Assembly: GCA_963707025.1 (NCBI GenBank)
Contig: CAVPOM010000018.1
Coordinates: forward strand, 160,001-224,000
Length of the DNA stretch: 64,000 nucleotides
Source of the DNA: an uncultured Verrucomicrobiae bacterium
GTDB lineage: Bacteria; Verrucomicrobiota; Verrucomicrobiia; Limisphaerales; Palsa-1400
Direction: 5' to 3'
The notes beneath the pieces were generated by a model that was not told the origin of the DNA, did not search any database, and saw only the letters and a program-made list of their open reading frames with translations. Position numbers and translations under genes: made by a program. Numbering within the stretch: the stretch's first letter is position 1; every line of letters begins with the position of its first letter. Shown here in pieces: positions 49,501 through 56,717 of this stretch.

Positions 49501-50102
49501 GGTTTATGCGCCACTCTCATGCCGCGGCCGCCGCCGCCGAAGGCCGCCTTAATGATGAGTGGAAAGCCGATTTGGCGGGCAATCCGGAGCGCCTGGGCGC
49601 GGCCGGCCACGGCCTGCTCCGTGCCGGGGAGGATGGGAACGTTGAGTTTTTGGGCGAGGGCGCGGGCGGCGGTTTTGTCGCCCATCATGGCCAGGATGTC
49701 CGGGCGCGGGCCGACGAATTGGATGCCGGCCTGGGCGCAAGCGCGGGCGAAGCCGGCGTTTTCGGCGAGGAATCCGTAGCCGGGATGGATGAGGTCCACT
49801 TGCCTTTCCTTGGCCAGGGCGACGATGCCCGGGATGTCGAGGTAAGCGCCGACGGGCCCTTGGTTTTCTCCGATGAGATAGGCTTCATCGGCCTTGAAGC
49901 GGTGGATGCTAAGGCGGTCTTCCTGGGCGTAAATGGCGACGGTGCGCAAACCCAATTCGGTGGCGGCGCGAAAAACGCGGATGGAAATTTCGCTGCGATT
50001 GGCCACAAGCAATTTTTTGAAGGAACGGCGCGGCGGGGGCGCGCCGGCCCCGGCGGCGGGAGCGTCGGACGGTTCTGCGGCATGGAGCGGATGGCTCATC
50101 AT
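46581..50102 (-). CDS. pyc: Pyruvate carboxylase
   Basis: KKLLVANRSEI, HPGYGFLAEN, ERDCSVQRRHQK, RDAHQS, AIKDMAG, HTHDTSG, EAMKM biotin site. Confidence 0.97.
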   Translation of the reverse strand: MMSHPLHAAEPSDAPAAGAGAPPPRRSFKKLLVANRSEISIRVFRAATELGLRTVAIYAQEDRLSIHRFKADEAYLIGENQGPVGAYLDIPGIVALAKERQVDLIHPGYGFLAENAGFARACAQAGIQFVGPRPDILAMMGDKTAARALAQKLNVPILPGTEQAVAGRAQALRIARQIGFPLIIKAAFGGGGRGMRVAHKPADLARLLDEARDEAGRAFGNPAVFLEKYIPRAKHIEVQILGDHYGNVVHLHERDCSVQRRHQKVIEIAPAFALDDSVRRDLCQAAVRLGRAVQYDNAGTVEFLYDLDRRQWFFIEVNPRIQVEHTVTEVVTGVDLVRSQILVAQGLSLHSPEINLPPGRDIPRHGYAVQCRVTTEDPENKFTPDYGKILTYRSTGGYGVRLDGGMGYAGAVITPFYDSLLVKITAFGRDFDLALVRMDRALREFRIRGVKTNIPFLENVIAHPEFRSGRATTNLIDTSPGLFAFASRRDRATKLLAFLGDVIVNGNPQAKGQSLQAPLPAVTPPPHDRKQAPPPGTRQLLLQLGPRRFARWTLAQKRLLVTDTTFRDAHQSLLATRLRTYDMLAIADALARRTPQLFSLEMWGGATFDTAMRFLREDPWDRLRLLRQKIPNICFQMLLRGANAVGYSNYPDNVVAGFVKHAAASGIDIFRIFDSLNYTPNLQVAIEAVRQTHAICEAAICYTGDIHDPRRAKYSLKYYVKLARQLEKMGAHFLAIKDMAGLCRPYAAYTLVKALKEEIALPLHFHTHDTSGVNAASVLKAAEAGADVVDLAIAAMSGSTSQPNLNSLVAALRHTPRDTGLDLAALNEFSDYWEKVCLAYAPFDTAPRSGSAEVYDHEMPGGQYTNLKEQAASMGLAQRWPEIARTYAQVNQLLGDIVKVTPSSKVVGDLAMFLISRGINPADLLNLEPGSVPFPASVIDMLGGQLGQPLGGWPRRLQKVVLGRRQPIRGRPGARLKPLHLKKIQDQLTLKLKRDATPDDLYSHLMYPEVFAEYAKFERDYSDLAVLPTSAFFYGLKPGEEISVDIEAGKTLFIKLIHLGAVDKDGRRIVTFELNGMTREASILDKTAQVKARTRPKADPSDPWQIGAPIPGLLTALAVSVGSKVKKGDKLLTLEAMKMQSTLYASSDGAVQALFAQVGETVASKDLLIQLRP

Positions 50103-50207
50103 TGGGGCGACGGTATAGCGGGCGGCGGCGCGGGTGGAAAGAGCAAAGTGGAAGGGCGGGGCGGTTTTGGGTTGAAAAGGAGGAGGGGGTTGTAGTTTGA
50201 TTCTGTG

Positions 50208-51779
50208 ATGAAATACCGCCTTGCCAAACTTTGGCTGATTCCCTGTTTCGCCGCCGCCGTTTTTTCGGCGGACGGGCAGGACCATGGGGCGATGGTCAAT
50301 GCCCTGCTGCAACTCAAGGCCGATCAACCCGGGTCGGTGATCAACCGCCACCAGTACGGACAGTTTGCCGAACATCTTGGGCACGGCATTTATGGCGGAT
50401 TGTGGGTGGGGGAGAATTCGACCATCCCCAACACGCGCGGCATCCGCAGTGACGTGGTGGCGGCGCTGAAGAAGATGGGCATCCCGGTGCTGCGCTGGCC
50501 GGGGGGCTGTTTCGCCGACGAATATCATTGGCGGGACGGCATCGGCCCGCGGGAGAAGCGGCCCAAAATGATCAACACCACCTGGGGCGGGGTGGTGGAG
50601 GTCAACGCCTTCGGCACCCACGAGTTCATGGATTTGTGCGGGCAATTGGGCTGCGACGCTTATGTCTGCGGCAATGTGGGCAGCGGCACGCCGCAGGAAA
50701 TGATGGAGTGGGTGGAATACATGACCTCGGACACCGACTCGACCATCGCCAATCAGCGCCGGCAAAACGGGCGGGAGAAGGCGTGGAAGCTGGCCTATTT
50801 CGGCGTGGGCAACGAGAACTGGGGCTGCGGCGGGAACATGCGGCCGGAGTATTACGCGGACCTTTTCCGGCGCTACAACACGTTTGTCAAAAATTACGGG
50901 GCCAACAAACCCTACCGCATCGCCAGCGGCGCGGATGGGGGCGACTTGAACTGGACGACGGTGCTGATGAACCAGGCCGGCTCGCAGATGGACGGCCTCT
51001 CGGTGCATAATTACACCCTGCCCTCGGGCAGTTGGACCGGCCCCAAAGGGTCCGCGACCGACTTTGGCGAGGAGGCCTGGATCACCCAGTTATCCAGGAC
51101 GCTGGGGATGGACGGAATTCTTTCCCGGCACTCGGCCATTATGGACCGCACCGACCCGAAGAAACGGGTCGGGCTGATCGTGGATGAATGGGGGTCCTGG
51201 TATGATGTGGAGCCGGGCACCAACCCGGGCTTTCTTTACCAGCAAAACACCCTGCGCGACGCGCTGCTGGCGGCGCTCAATTTCAACATTTTTCACAGGC
51301 ACGCCGACCGCGTGCCCATGGCCAACATCGCGCAGATGGTCAACGTCCTCCAGTCCATGGTATTGACAGACGGCCCGAAGATGACGGTCACGCCCACCTA
51401 CTGGGTTTTTGAAATGTACAAAGTCCACCAGGACGCGACTTATCTGCCCGTGGCGGTGGTGACGCCCGATTACAAGTTTGGCGACCGGACCATCCCGATG
51501 GTGGACGCGACGGCCTCGCGCGACGCCGCGGGCAAGACGCATCTTTCGCTGGTGAATGTGGACCCGCACGCCGCCGTCATGGTCTCGTGCGAATTGCGCG
51601 GCCTGGCGGCCAAATCGGTGTCCGGCCGCATCCTGACGGCGCCGGAAATAAATTCTCACAACACTTTCGATGCGCCCAACGCCGTCGCGCCGCAGCCTTT
51701 CATTGGCGCGTCCCTGGCGGAGGGCAGGCTTTCGGTGAAACTGCCCGCCAAGTCGGTGGTGGTGCTGGAATTGCTTTAA
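50208..51779 (+). CDS. Alpha-L-arabinofuranosidase (GH51)
   Basis: [50 protein letters not shown]. Confidence 0.94.
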   Translation: MKYRLAKLWLIPCFAAAVFSADGQDHGAMVNALLQLKADQPGSVINRHQYGQFAEHLGHGIYGGLWVGENSTIPNTRGIRSDVVAALKKMGIPVLRWPGGCFADEYHWRDGIGPREKRPKMINTTWGGVVEVNAFGTHEFMDLCGQLGCDAYVCGNVGSGTPQEMMEWVEYMTSDTDSTIANQRRQNGREKAWKLAYFGVGNENWGCGGNMRPEYYADLFRRYNTFVKNYGANKPYRIASGADGGDLNWTTVLMNQAGSQMDGLSVHNYTLPSGSWTGPKGSATDFGEEAWITQLSRTLGMDGILSRHSAIMDRTDPKKRVGLIVDEWGSWYDVEPGTNPGFLYQQNTLRDALLAALNFNIFHRHADRVPMANIAQMVNVLQSMVLTDGPKMTVTPTYWVFEMYKVHQDATYLPVAVVTPDYKFGDRTIPMVDATASRDAAGKTHLSLVNVDPHAAVMVSCELRGLAAKSVSGRILTAPEINSHNTFDAPNAVAPQPFIGASLAEGRLSVKLPAKSVVVLELL

Positions 51780-51883
51780 GTTGCCGATACGAATTTGACC
51801 CGGTGCGACACCGGCGCGGCAAAGGCGTTTTCGGACCGGCGGGCGGCATATTCCCGCAGCAACTCCATGTCATCGTTCATCAT
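51776..51883 (-). pseudogene. 5' remnant of an ECF sigma factor gene
   Basis: [35 protein letters not shown] resembles the start of verrucomicrobial ECF sigma factors (D.ELL.EYA...SE.AF..LV.RH). Confidence 0.65.
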
Positions 51884-52001
51884 CACCCTATAAATGCACG
51901 CCGAAGCGGAAATGAGACAATTTTCGTCAACCTTCTCCGGGCGTTAAATAATCGCCCCCGGACTGGCAGGAAGAAACAGAAAAAAGGAATTCAAAGAAAT
52001 G

Positions 52002-52080
52002 GCCGCGAAAAGGCGCAAAAAGCGCAAAAAAACTGAATTCTTTTTCCCCCGGTTTTGCGATTTCTGTGCTTTTTTGCGGC
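52002..52080. repeat. Palindromic element with (GCGCAAAAA)-like periodic arms
   Basis: GCCGCGAAAAGGCGCAAAAAGCGCAAAA ... TTTTGCGATTTCTGTGCTTTTTTGCGGC. Confidence 0.75.
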
Positions 52081-52106
52081 TGTTCAATTAGCCCTGGAGA
52101 CCACTG

Positions 52107-52218
52107 AATTACCAATGACAAGTACTCGATGGCAAATTCTCAATTATAGGACGGGCGCAATACCTTATTGGGTTCTCAGGATTGAAAATTGCCAATTGAA
52201 AATTTGTCATTGGTAATT
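52107..52218. repeat. AT-rich palindromic element with heptamer-periodic arms
   Basis: Perfect 15-bp inverted ends AATTACCAATGACAA / TTGTCATTGGTAATT, pairing continues imperfectly inward. Confidence 0.8.
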
Positions 52219-53348
52219 TATTGACCACAGACCCGGTGGTAAAGGGCCTGGTAGCGCGGGACGATGATGGCGGCGGAAAATAAATCGCGCGCGCGGCTTT
52301 GCGCGGCGAGGCCCAGTTGGCGGCGGCGGGCCGGGTCGCGAATCAATTCTTCCACCGAGGCGGCCATCGCCGCGACGTCGCCAAAGGGGACCAGAATTCC
52401 GCTGACGTTGTGCTCGACCACTTCCGGGATGCCGCCGACGCGGCTGGAGACGCTCGGACAGGCAAAACACATCGCTTCCAAAATGCTGAGGCAAAAGGTT
52501 TCCAGCTCCGAGGTGAAGAGTCCCAGGTCGGCGGCTTGGAGGTAGTCCTCAATGTCGCTGACTTTTTCGCGCACGATCACCCGATCCTGCAAAGCCATCC
52601 GCCGCACTTGTCCCTGGAAAGGGGCAAAGCTGTCTCCGGCCAAAATGAGCAGCTTGAAGGCATCGCGCGGGCGAATGCGCGCGGCGGCCTCCAGCAAGAG
52701 ATCAATGCGCTTGGGCGCGCGCAGGTTGGAGGAATGGAACAGCAACACTTCGCCGCCCAGGCCCAGTTCACGCCGCACCTCGTCGCGCGAACGCCGGGCG
52801 GGGCGCGGCTCAAAAAAATTATGTATGACATCAATGGGCTGCGTCACCCCCAGCACCTCCTGCGTCTCCCGCCGCAGGTAGGCGGACACGGTGGTGATGG
52901 CGTCCGAGCAGGCCAGGGCATGGCGGATGGCCGGGGCATAACCGGGATCGCGCCCCAGCAAGGTGGTGTCCGTGCCGTGCAGGGTGGTCACCAGGCGCGG
53001 CTGTTGCCGGGGCGGCAGCATGTCGCGCGCCAGGATGGCGGCGGTGGCGTGAGGCACGGCGTAATGGACATGGAGCACGTCCAGTTGGTGGTCGCGGCTG
53101 ACCTCGGCCATTTTTACCGAGAGCGGCAAGGTGTAGTCGGGGTATTTGAACAGCCCGTAATCGTTGATCACCACGGGATGGAAAAACAGGCGCGGCGCCT
53201 CCGCCGGGAGGCGGAAGGGGCGTTCGTAGCCGATGAAATGCACTTCCTCGCCGCGCCGGGCCAGTTGCTCGCCCAGCGCCGAGGCCAGAATTCCGCTCCC
53301 GCCGACCGAGGGATAACAGGTGATGCCGATTTTCAGGGGGCGGGCCAC
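52218..53348 (-). CDS. bshA: N-acetyl-alpha-D-glucosaminyl L-malate synthase (GT4)
   Basis: LKIGITCYPSVGGSG, LHVHYAVPHA, TTLHGTD, SNLRAPKR, ETFCLSILEAM; GTG start next to the bshB stop. Confidence 0.9.
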   Translation of the reverse strand: MARPLKIGITCYPSVGGSGILASALGEQLARRGEEVHFIGYERPFRLPAEAPRLFFHPVVINDYGLFKYPDYTLPLSVKMAEVSRDHQLDVLHVHYAVPHATAAILARDMLPPRQQPRLVTTLHGTDTTLLGRDPGYAPAIRHALACSDAITTVSAYLRRETQEVLGVTQPIDVIHNFFEPRPARRSRDEVRRELGLGGEVLLFHSSNLRAPKRIDLLLEAAARIRPRDAFKLLILAGDSFAPFQGQVRRMALQDRVIVREKVSDIEDYLQAADLGLFTSELETFCLSILEAMCFACPSVSSRVGGIPEVVEHNVSGILVPFGDVAAMAASVEELIRDPARRRQLGLAAQSRARDLFSAAIIVPRYQALYHRVCGQ

Positions 53349-53349
53349 G

Positions 53350-54087
53350 TCAAAAGCGCCGGGCGCCGCGGCTGAGTTGCGCAAGCGAGCCGGCGACCAC
53401 GGGATCACTGGGAAACAAGGCAATGGCATGGCCAACCCCGGCCCGCAATCCCTGAAACCGCGCGCGGGCCAGTTGGAGTTCCACGTAGGGCCGGGCGCGA
53501 AGTTGGGAAGCGTGCGCGGCCATCGCCGCCGTCCAAGCCGCGATAATTTCCGGGGCGGAAACGTCCATCAGCACGGGCGTGATATCGGGAGGCTCCGCTT
53601 CGGGAGTGACGGCGTAGAAGAAAAGCTGGTCAACGGCGTGGGGCGTCTGGCGCCGCAATTCCTTCAAGCCCCCGTAGCGGGCCAGCCGCGCGGCGTCGCG
53701 CACCAGGCGTCCGAGCCGCGCGTGATCGGGGTGCTGGTTTTCCACCACGCTGGGCGCGAGCACGATGGCGGGCCGGGCGCGCCGGATCAGGGCCGCAAGC
53801 TGGATGGCGTGGGCGGCGCGCATTTCCAGGCGCGCATCGCCGTCCAGCGTGATGAATTGAAGAGTGGCGCCGAGGAGGGCGGCGGCTCTTTTCGCCTCGG
53901 CCGCGCGTTGCGCGGGCGTGCCGCAGGTGCCGGCTTCGCCGCGGGAACAGATGACAAAATGCGCGGGCCGGCCGGCGCGGGTCTCGCAGGCGACGACGGC
54001 TCCGCAGGCAAATTCGATGTCGTCGGGATGCGCGCCAAAGGCCAGGAGCGGCGCGGGTTCAGGAGGGGATTTCAGTGTAGGCTTCAT
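53350..54087 (-). CDS. bshB1: PIG-L family deacetylase, BshB1-like
   Basis: LAFGAHPDDIE, SRGEAGT, HPDH; adjacent to bshA. Confidence 0.8.
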   Translation of the reverse strand: MKPTLKSPPEPAPLLAFGAHPDDIEFACGAVVACETRAGRPAHFVICSRGEAGTCGTPAQRAAEAKRAAALLGATLQFITLDGDARLEMRAAHAIQLAALIRRARPAIVLAPSVVENQHPDHARLGRLVRDAARLARYGGLKELRRQTPHAVDQLFFYAVTPEAEPPDITPVLMDVSAPEIIAAWTAAMAAHASQLRARPYVELQLARARFQGLRAGVGHAIALFPSDPVVAGSLAQLSRGARRF

Positions 54088-54835
54088 CGGAGCGGTCAAT
54101 GGGATCGCGTTTGACAAAAGTTATTTCCGGCGCATCGGCGGGGCAAAGATACGCCTGTTCGCCCAGGCCGGCAATGTAATGCGTGCAGTGGATGACCGAT
54201 TGCATCCAGCGCAGCCGGGAGTCGCGCGCCGGGCTGATCTGTTCCTTGCCGAAATCGGTCCGGGGCAGGGTAATGAAGGAATTCCCGCCCTGGTGCAGGG
54301 TCAGGGCGCCGTTGACGCAGCGGGCGCGCACCAGTTCGCCCGCGTAGGGCACGTCCACAAAGAATTCCGCCACGTCGCAGGCGGCGCGCCGGAAGGCCGG
54401 ATCGCCCGAGCGCGCCACGCGCACGCCCGCCAGCAGGCCCATGAGCCGGTACATCTCCAGGCAAAAATCGGCGGGGTTGGCGGCGTCCGTATTCGCGAAG
54501 GCCTCCACCCAGCGCGGGTCCACGAAGGGCGGCAGTTGCAGGGCGGTCCGGTCGCGCCAGCCGGCGGCGATGCGCTTGGCGAAAAGAGGCGAAAACTTGC
54601 GCTGCCACTTGTTTTCGCAGGCGAAATTGAGGCGCAAGGCTTCGCCGGTTTTGCGATGGCGCAGGATGGTGGCGGTCTCGCGCGGGTCGTGGTCGCTGTC
54701 GTGATAAAAGAAAACGATCTCCCCGCCCATTTCCGCCTGGAGCCGCCGGGCGGTCTGGATTTTGGCAAAAAGGAAGCGGCGCGGAAAGAATCCGCAGGGC
54801 TGCTGGCCAAAACAAATAATGGGCGATGTCGTCAT
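54059..54835 (-). CDS. Short (258 aa) BshC-like putative cysteine-adding enzyme
   Basis: GQQ...K, DHDxxE, SP...R...Q and YIAGLGEQAY match BshC motifs in the right order; operonic with bshB and bshA. Confidence 0.7.
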   Translation of the reverse strand: MTTSPIICFGQQPCGFFPRRFLFAKIQTARRLQAEMGGEIVFFYHDSDHDPRETATILRHRKTGEALRLNFACENKWQRKFSPLFAKRIAAGWRDRTALQLPPFVDPRWVEAFANTDAANPADFCLEMYRLMGLLAGVRVARSGDPAFRRAACDVAEFFVDVPYAGELVRARCVNGALTLHQGGNSFITLPRTDFGKEQISPARDSRLRWMQSVIHCTHYIAGLGEQAYLCPADAPEITFVKRDPIDRSDEAYTEIPS

Positions 54836-56550
54836 GGAGCGGGGCGCGCCTCTTCCTTTTTAGCATGCACGGCCTGAATCGCCAGACTGAACAGGACGCA
54901 GGCGGCGCAGCCGATGAGGTTGTACCAGAGATAACTGATTTCTTGAGGGGTATTCTTGAGATGGAAATAGAAGTATAACACCAGCCCTTCCGCCAGCACC
55001 GCCCCCCAAAAAACGGCCGTCCCATGCACCCATTTGACGAAAAAGGCGACGAGAAACAATCCCAGGACCACGCCGTAAAAGACGGAACCGACGATGTTGA
55101 CGGCCTGGATCAGGTTCTCCGCCAGGTGGGCATAGAGGGCGAAGCCCAGGGCCACCAATCCCCACATGGCCGTGAACCATCTTGAGGCCTTGACGTAATG
55201 CGCGTCGCCCGCCTCGCGTTTGAGGAGGTGCCGGTAAAAATCCACCGAGGTCGTCGAGCCCAGCGCGCTCAATTCCGCCGCCTTGGAGGACAGGGCCGCG
55301 GCAAAAAAGGCCGCGACCAGCAAACCAATCACGCCATGCGGCAGATGGGCCAGGATGAAAGTGATGAACACGTAGTCGCCATCGTTGGTTTGGGCGTGGA
55401 CATCGGCCTGGCGCAGCGCGGCCCGGGCTTCGGCGCGGATGGCTTCGCTTTGGTCGTGCGCGGCCAGGGCCTGGGCGCGGGCGGCGGTGGCGGCGGAGAG
55501 GTCGTGGCGGTGACGGGCCTCGAGCCAGGCGCGGAGGGATTGCTCCTTTTGCAAATAAACGGCCGCAAATTTTTGCTCGACAGCGTGAAATTTTGCGCCG
55601 TCATGCGCGGCCGCGGCCTGCCAGGAGGATTGGTTGAAAAAAACGGGCGGCGGCTCGAATTGGTAGAAGACAAACATGAGGACCCCCAGCCACAGGATGA
55701 GGAACTGCATGGGGATTTTGCAAACGGCGTTAAACATCAGGCCCAGCTTGCATTCCCGGGTGGAGGCTCCTGAGATATAACGCTGCACCTGGGATTGGTC
55801 GGTCCCGAAGTAAGAGAGCATGAGGCACATTCCCCCGAACATGCCGGACCAGAAGGTGTAGCGGCGGTGCAGATCGGGTGAAAAATCAACGGCGTTCATT
55901 TTATGGAACGTCCCCGCCAGGGACAACGTGTCGGTGCAGGTGAGCTGGGCGGGCAGCCGCGCCAGCAGAATGACCAAGGCCGTCACCATGCCGCCGAAGA
56001 TGACCATAATCTGGTATTTCTGCGTCACGCTGACCGCTTCATTGCCGCCGATGACGGTGTAAAGGATGACGAGCAGTCCGCTGAAGATGATGGTCAGGCC
56101 CAGGGGCCAGCCGAAGACGGTGGAAAGCACGATGGCCGGGGCGTAAATGGTGATGCCGGCGCCCAAGCCGCGTTGCAGGAGAAACAGCCCCGCGCCGAGC
56201 AGGCGGGTTTTGGCATCGAAGCGCCGGCCGAGAAACTCGTAGGCGGTGTAAACGTTCAAGCGGCGGAACATGGGGAGGAAAAACGCCGCCACGACGATCA
56301 AGGCCAGGGGCATGGCAAAATAATTCTGCACAAAAGTCAGGCCGTCCTCATAGCCCTGCCCCGGCACGGAGAGGAAGGTGATGGCGCTGGCCTGGGTGGC
56401 CATGACGGAAAGCCCGATGGTGACCCAGCCGGTGGTGCCGCTGCCTTTGAGGTAGCCGCTCAAGCCGCGCTGGCCGCGCGTCCGCCAGACACCGTAGGCG
56501 GCGATCCCGAGCATCGTGACGAACAGAACCAGGTAATCCAGCGGGTTCAT
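54832..56550 (-). CDS. Sodium:solute symporter (SSS family)
   Basis: GLSVMATQASAITFLSVPG, AYEFLGRRFD, YFGTDQSQVQRY, FAAALSS. Confidence 0.93.
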   Translation of the reverse strand: MNPLDYLVLFVTMLGIAAYGVWRTRGQRGLSGYLKGSGTTGWVTIGLSVMATQASAITFLSVPGQGYEDGLTFVQNYFAMPLALIVVAAFFLPMFRRLNVYTAYEFLGRRFDAKTRLLGAGLFLLQRGLGAGITIYAPAIVLSTVFGWPLGLTIIFSGLLVILYTVIGGNEAVSVTQKYQIMVIFGGMVTALVILLARLPAQLTCTDTLSLAGTFHKMNAVDFSPDLHRRYTFWSGMFGGMCLMLSYFGTDQSQVQRYISGASTRECKLGLMFNAVCKIPMQFLILWLGVLMFVFYQFEPPPVFFNQSSWQAAAAHDGAKFHAVEQKFAAVYLQKEQSLRAWLEARHRHDLSAATAARAQALAAHDQSEAIRAEARAALRQADVHAQTNDGDYVFITFILAHLPHGVIGLLVAAFFAAALSSKAAELSALGSTTSVDFYRHLLKREAGDAHYVKASRWFTAMWGLVALGFALYAHLAENLIQAVNIVGSVFYGVVLGLFLVAFFVKWVHGTAVFWGAVLAEGLVLYFYFHLKNTPQEISYLWYNLIGCAACVLFSLAIQAVHAKKEEARPAP

Positions 56551-56717
56551 GAGTAAACCCGGGTCAACACCGCCAGGAAAACCACCCAGGCGGCAAAGGC
56601 GGCCACCACAAAAAAGTAAACCGCCCGCCAGGTGCGGAAGCCGGGCAGGCCGGTGCCCTTTTCGTCAATACTAGATTCAGGCGCGCCCGGCGGGGCTGGA
56701 GTTCCCGGCGACTTCAT
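56547..56717 (-). CDS. 56-aa single-TM protein upstream of the SSS transporter (absent from ORF track)
   Basis: MKSPGTPAPPGAPESSIDEKGTGLPGFRTWRAVYFFVVAAFAAWVVFLAVLTRVYS*; ATGA overlaps at both ends. Confidence 0.8.
   Translation of the reverse strand: MKSPGTPAPPGAPESSIDEKGTGLPGFRTWRAVYFFVVAAFAAWVVFLAVLTRVYS

Noticed and set aside
46404..50195. 1263-aa ORF antisense to pyc
   Set aside because: Shadow ORF typical of high-GC codon bias; no motifs, and the opposite strand is a clear pyruvate carboxylase
50103..51008. Apparent 300-aa N-terminal extension of pyruvate carboxylase
   Set aside because: It is the antisense of the GH51 gene; pyc homology begins after about 50100
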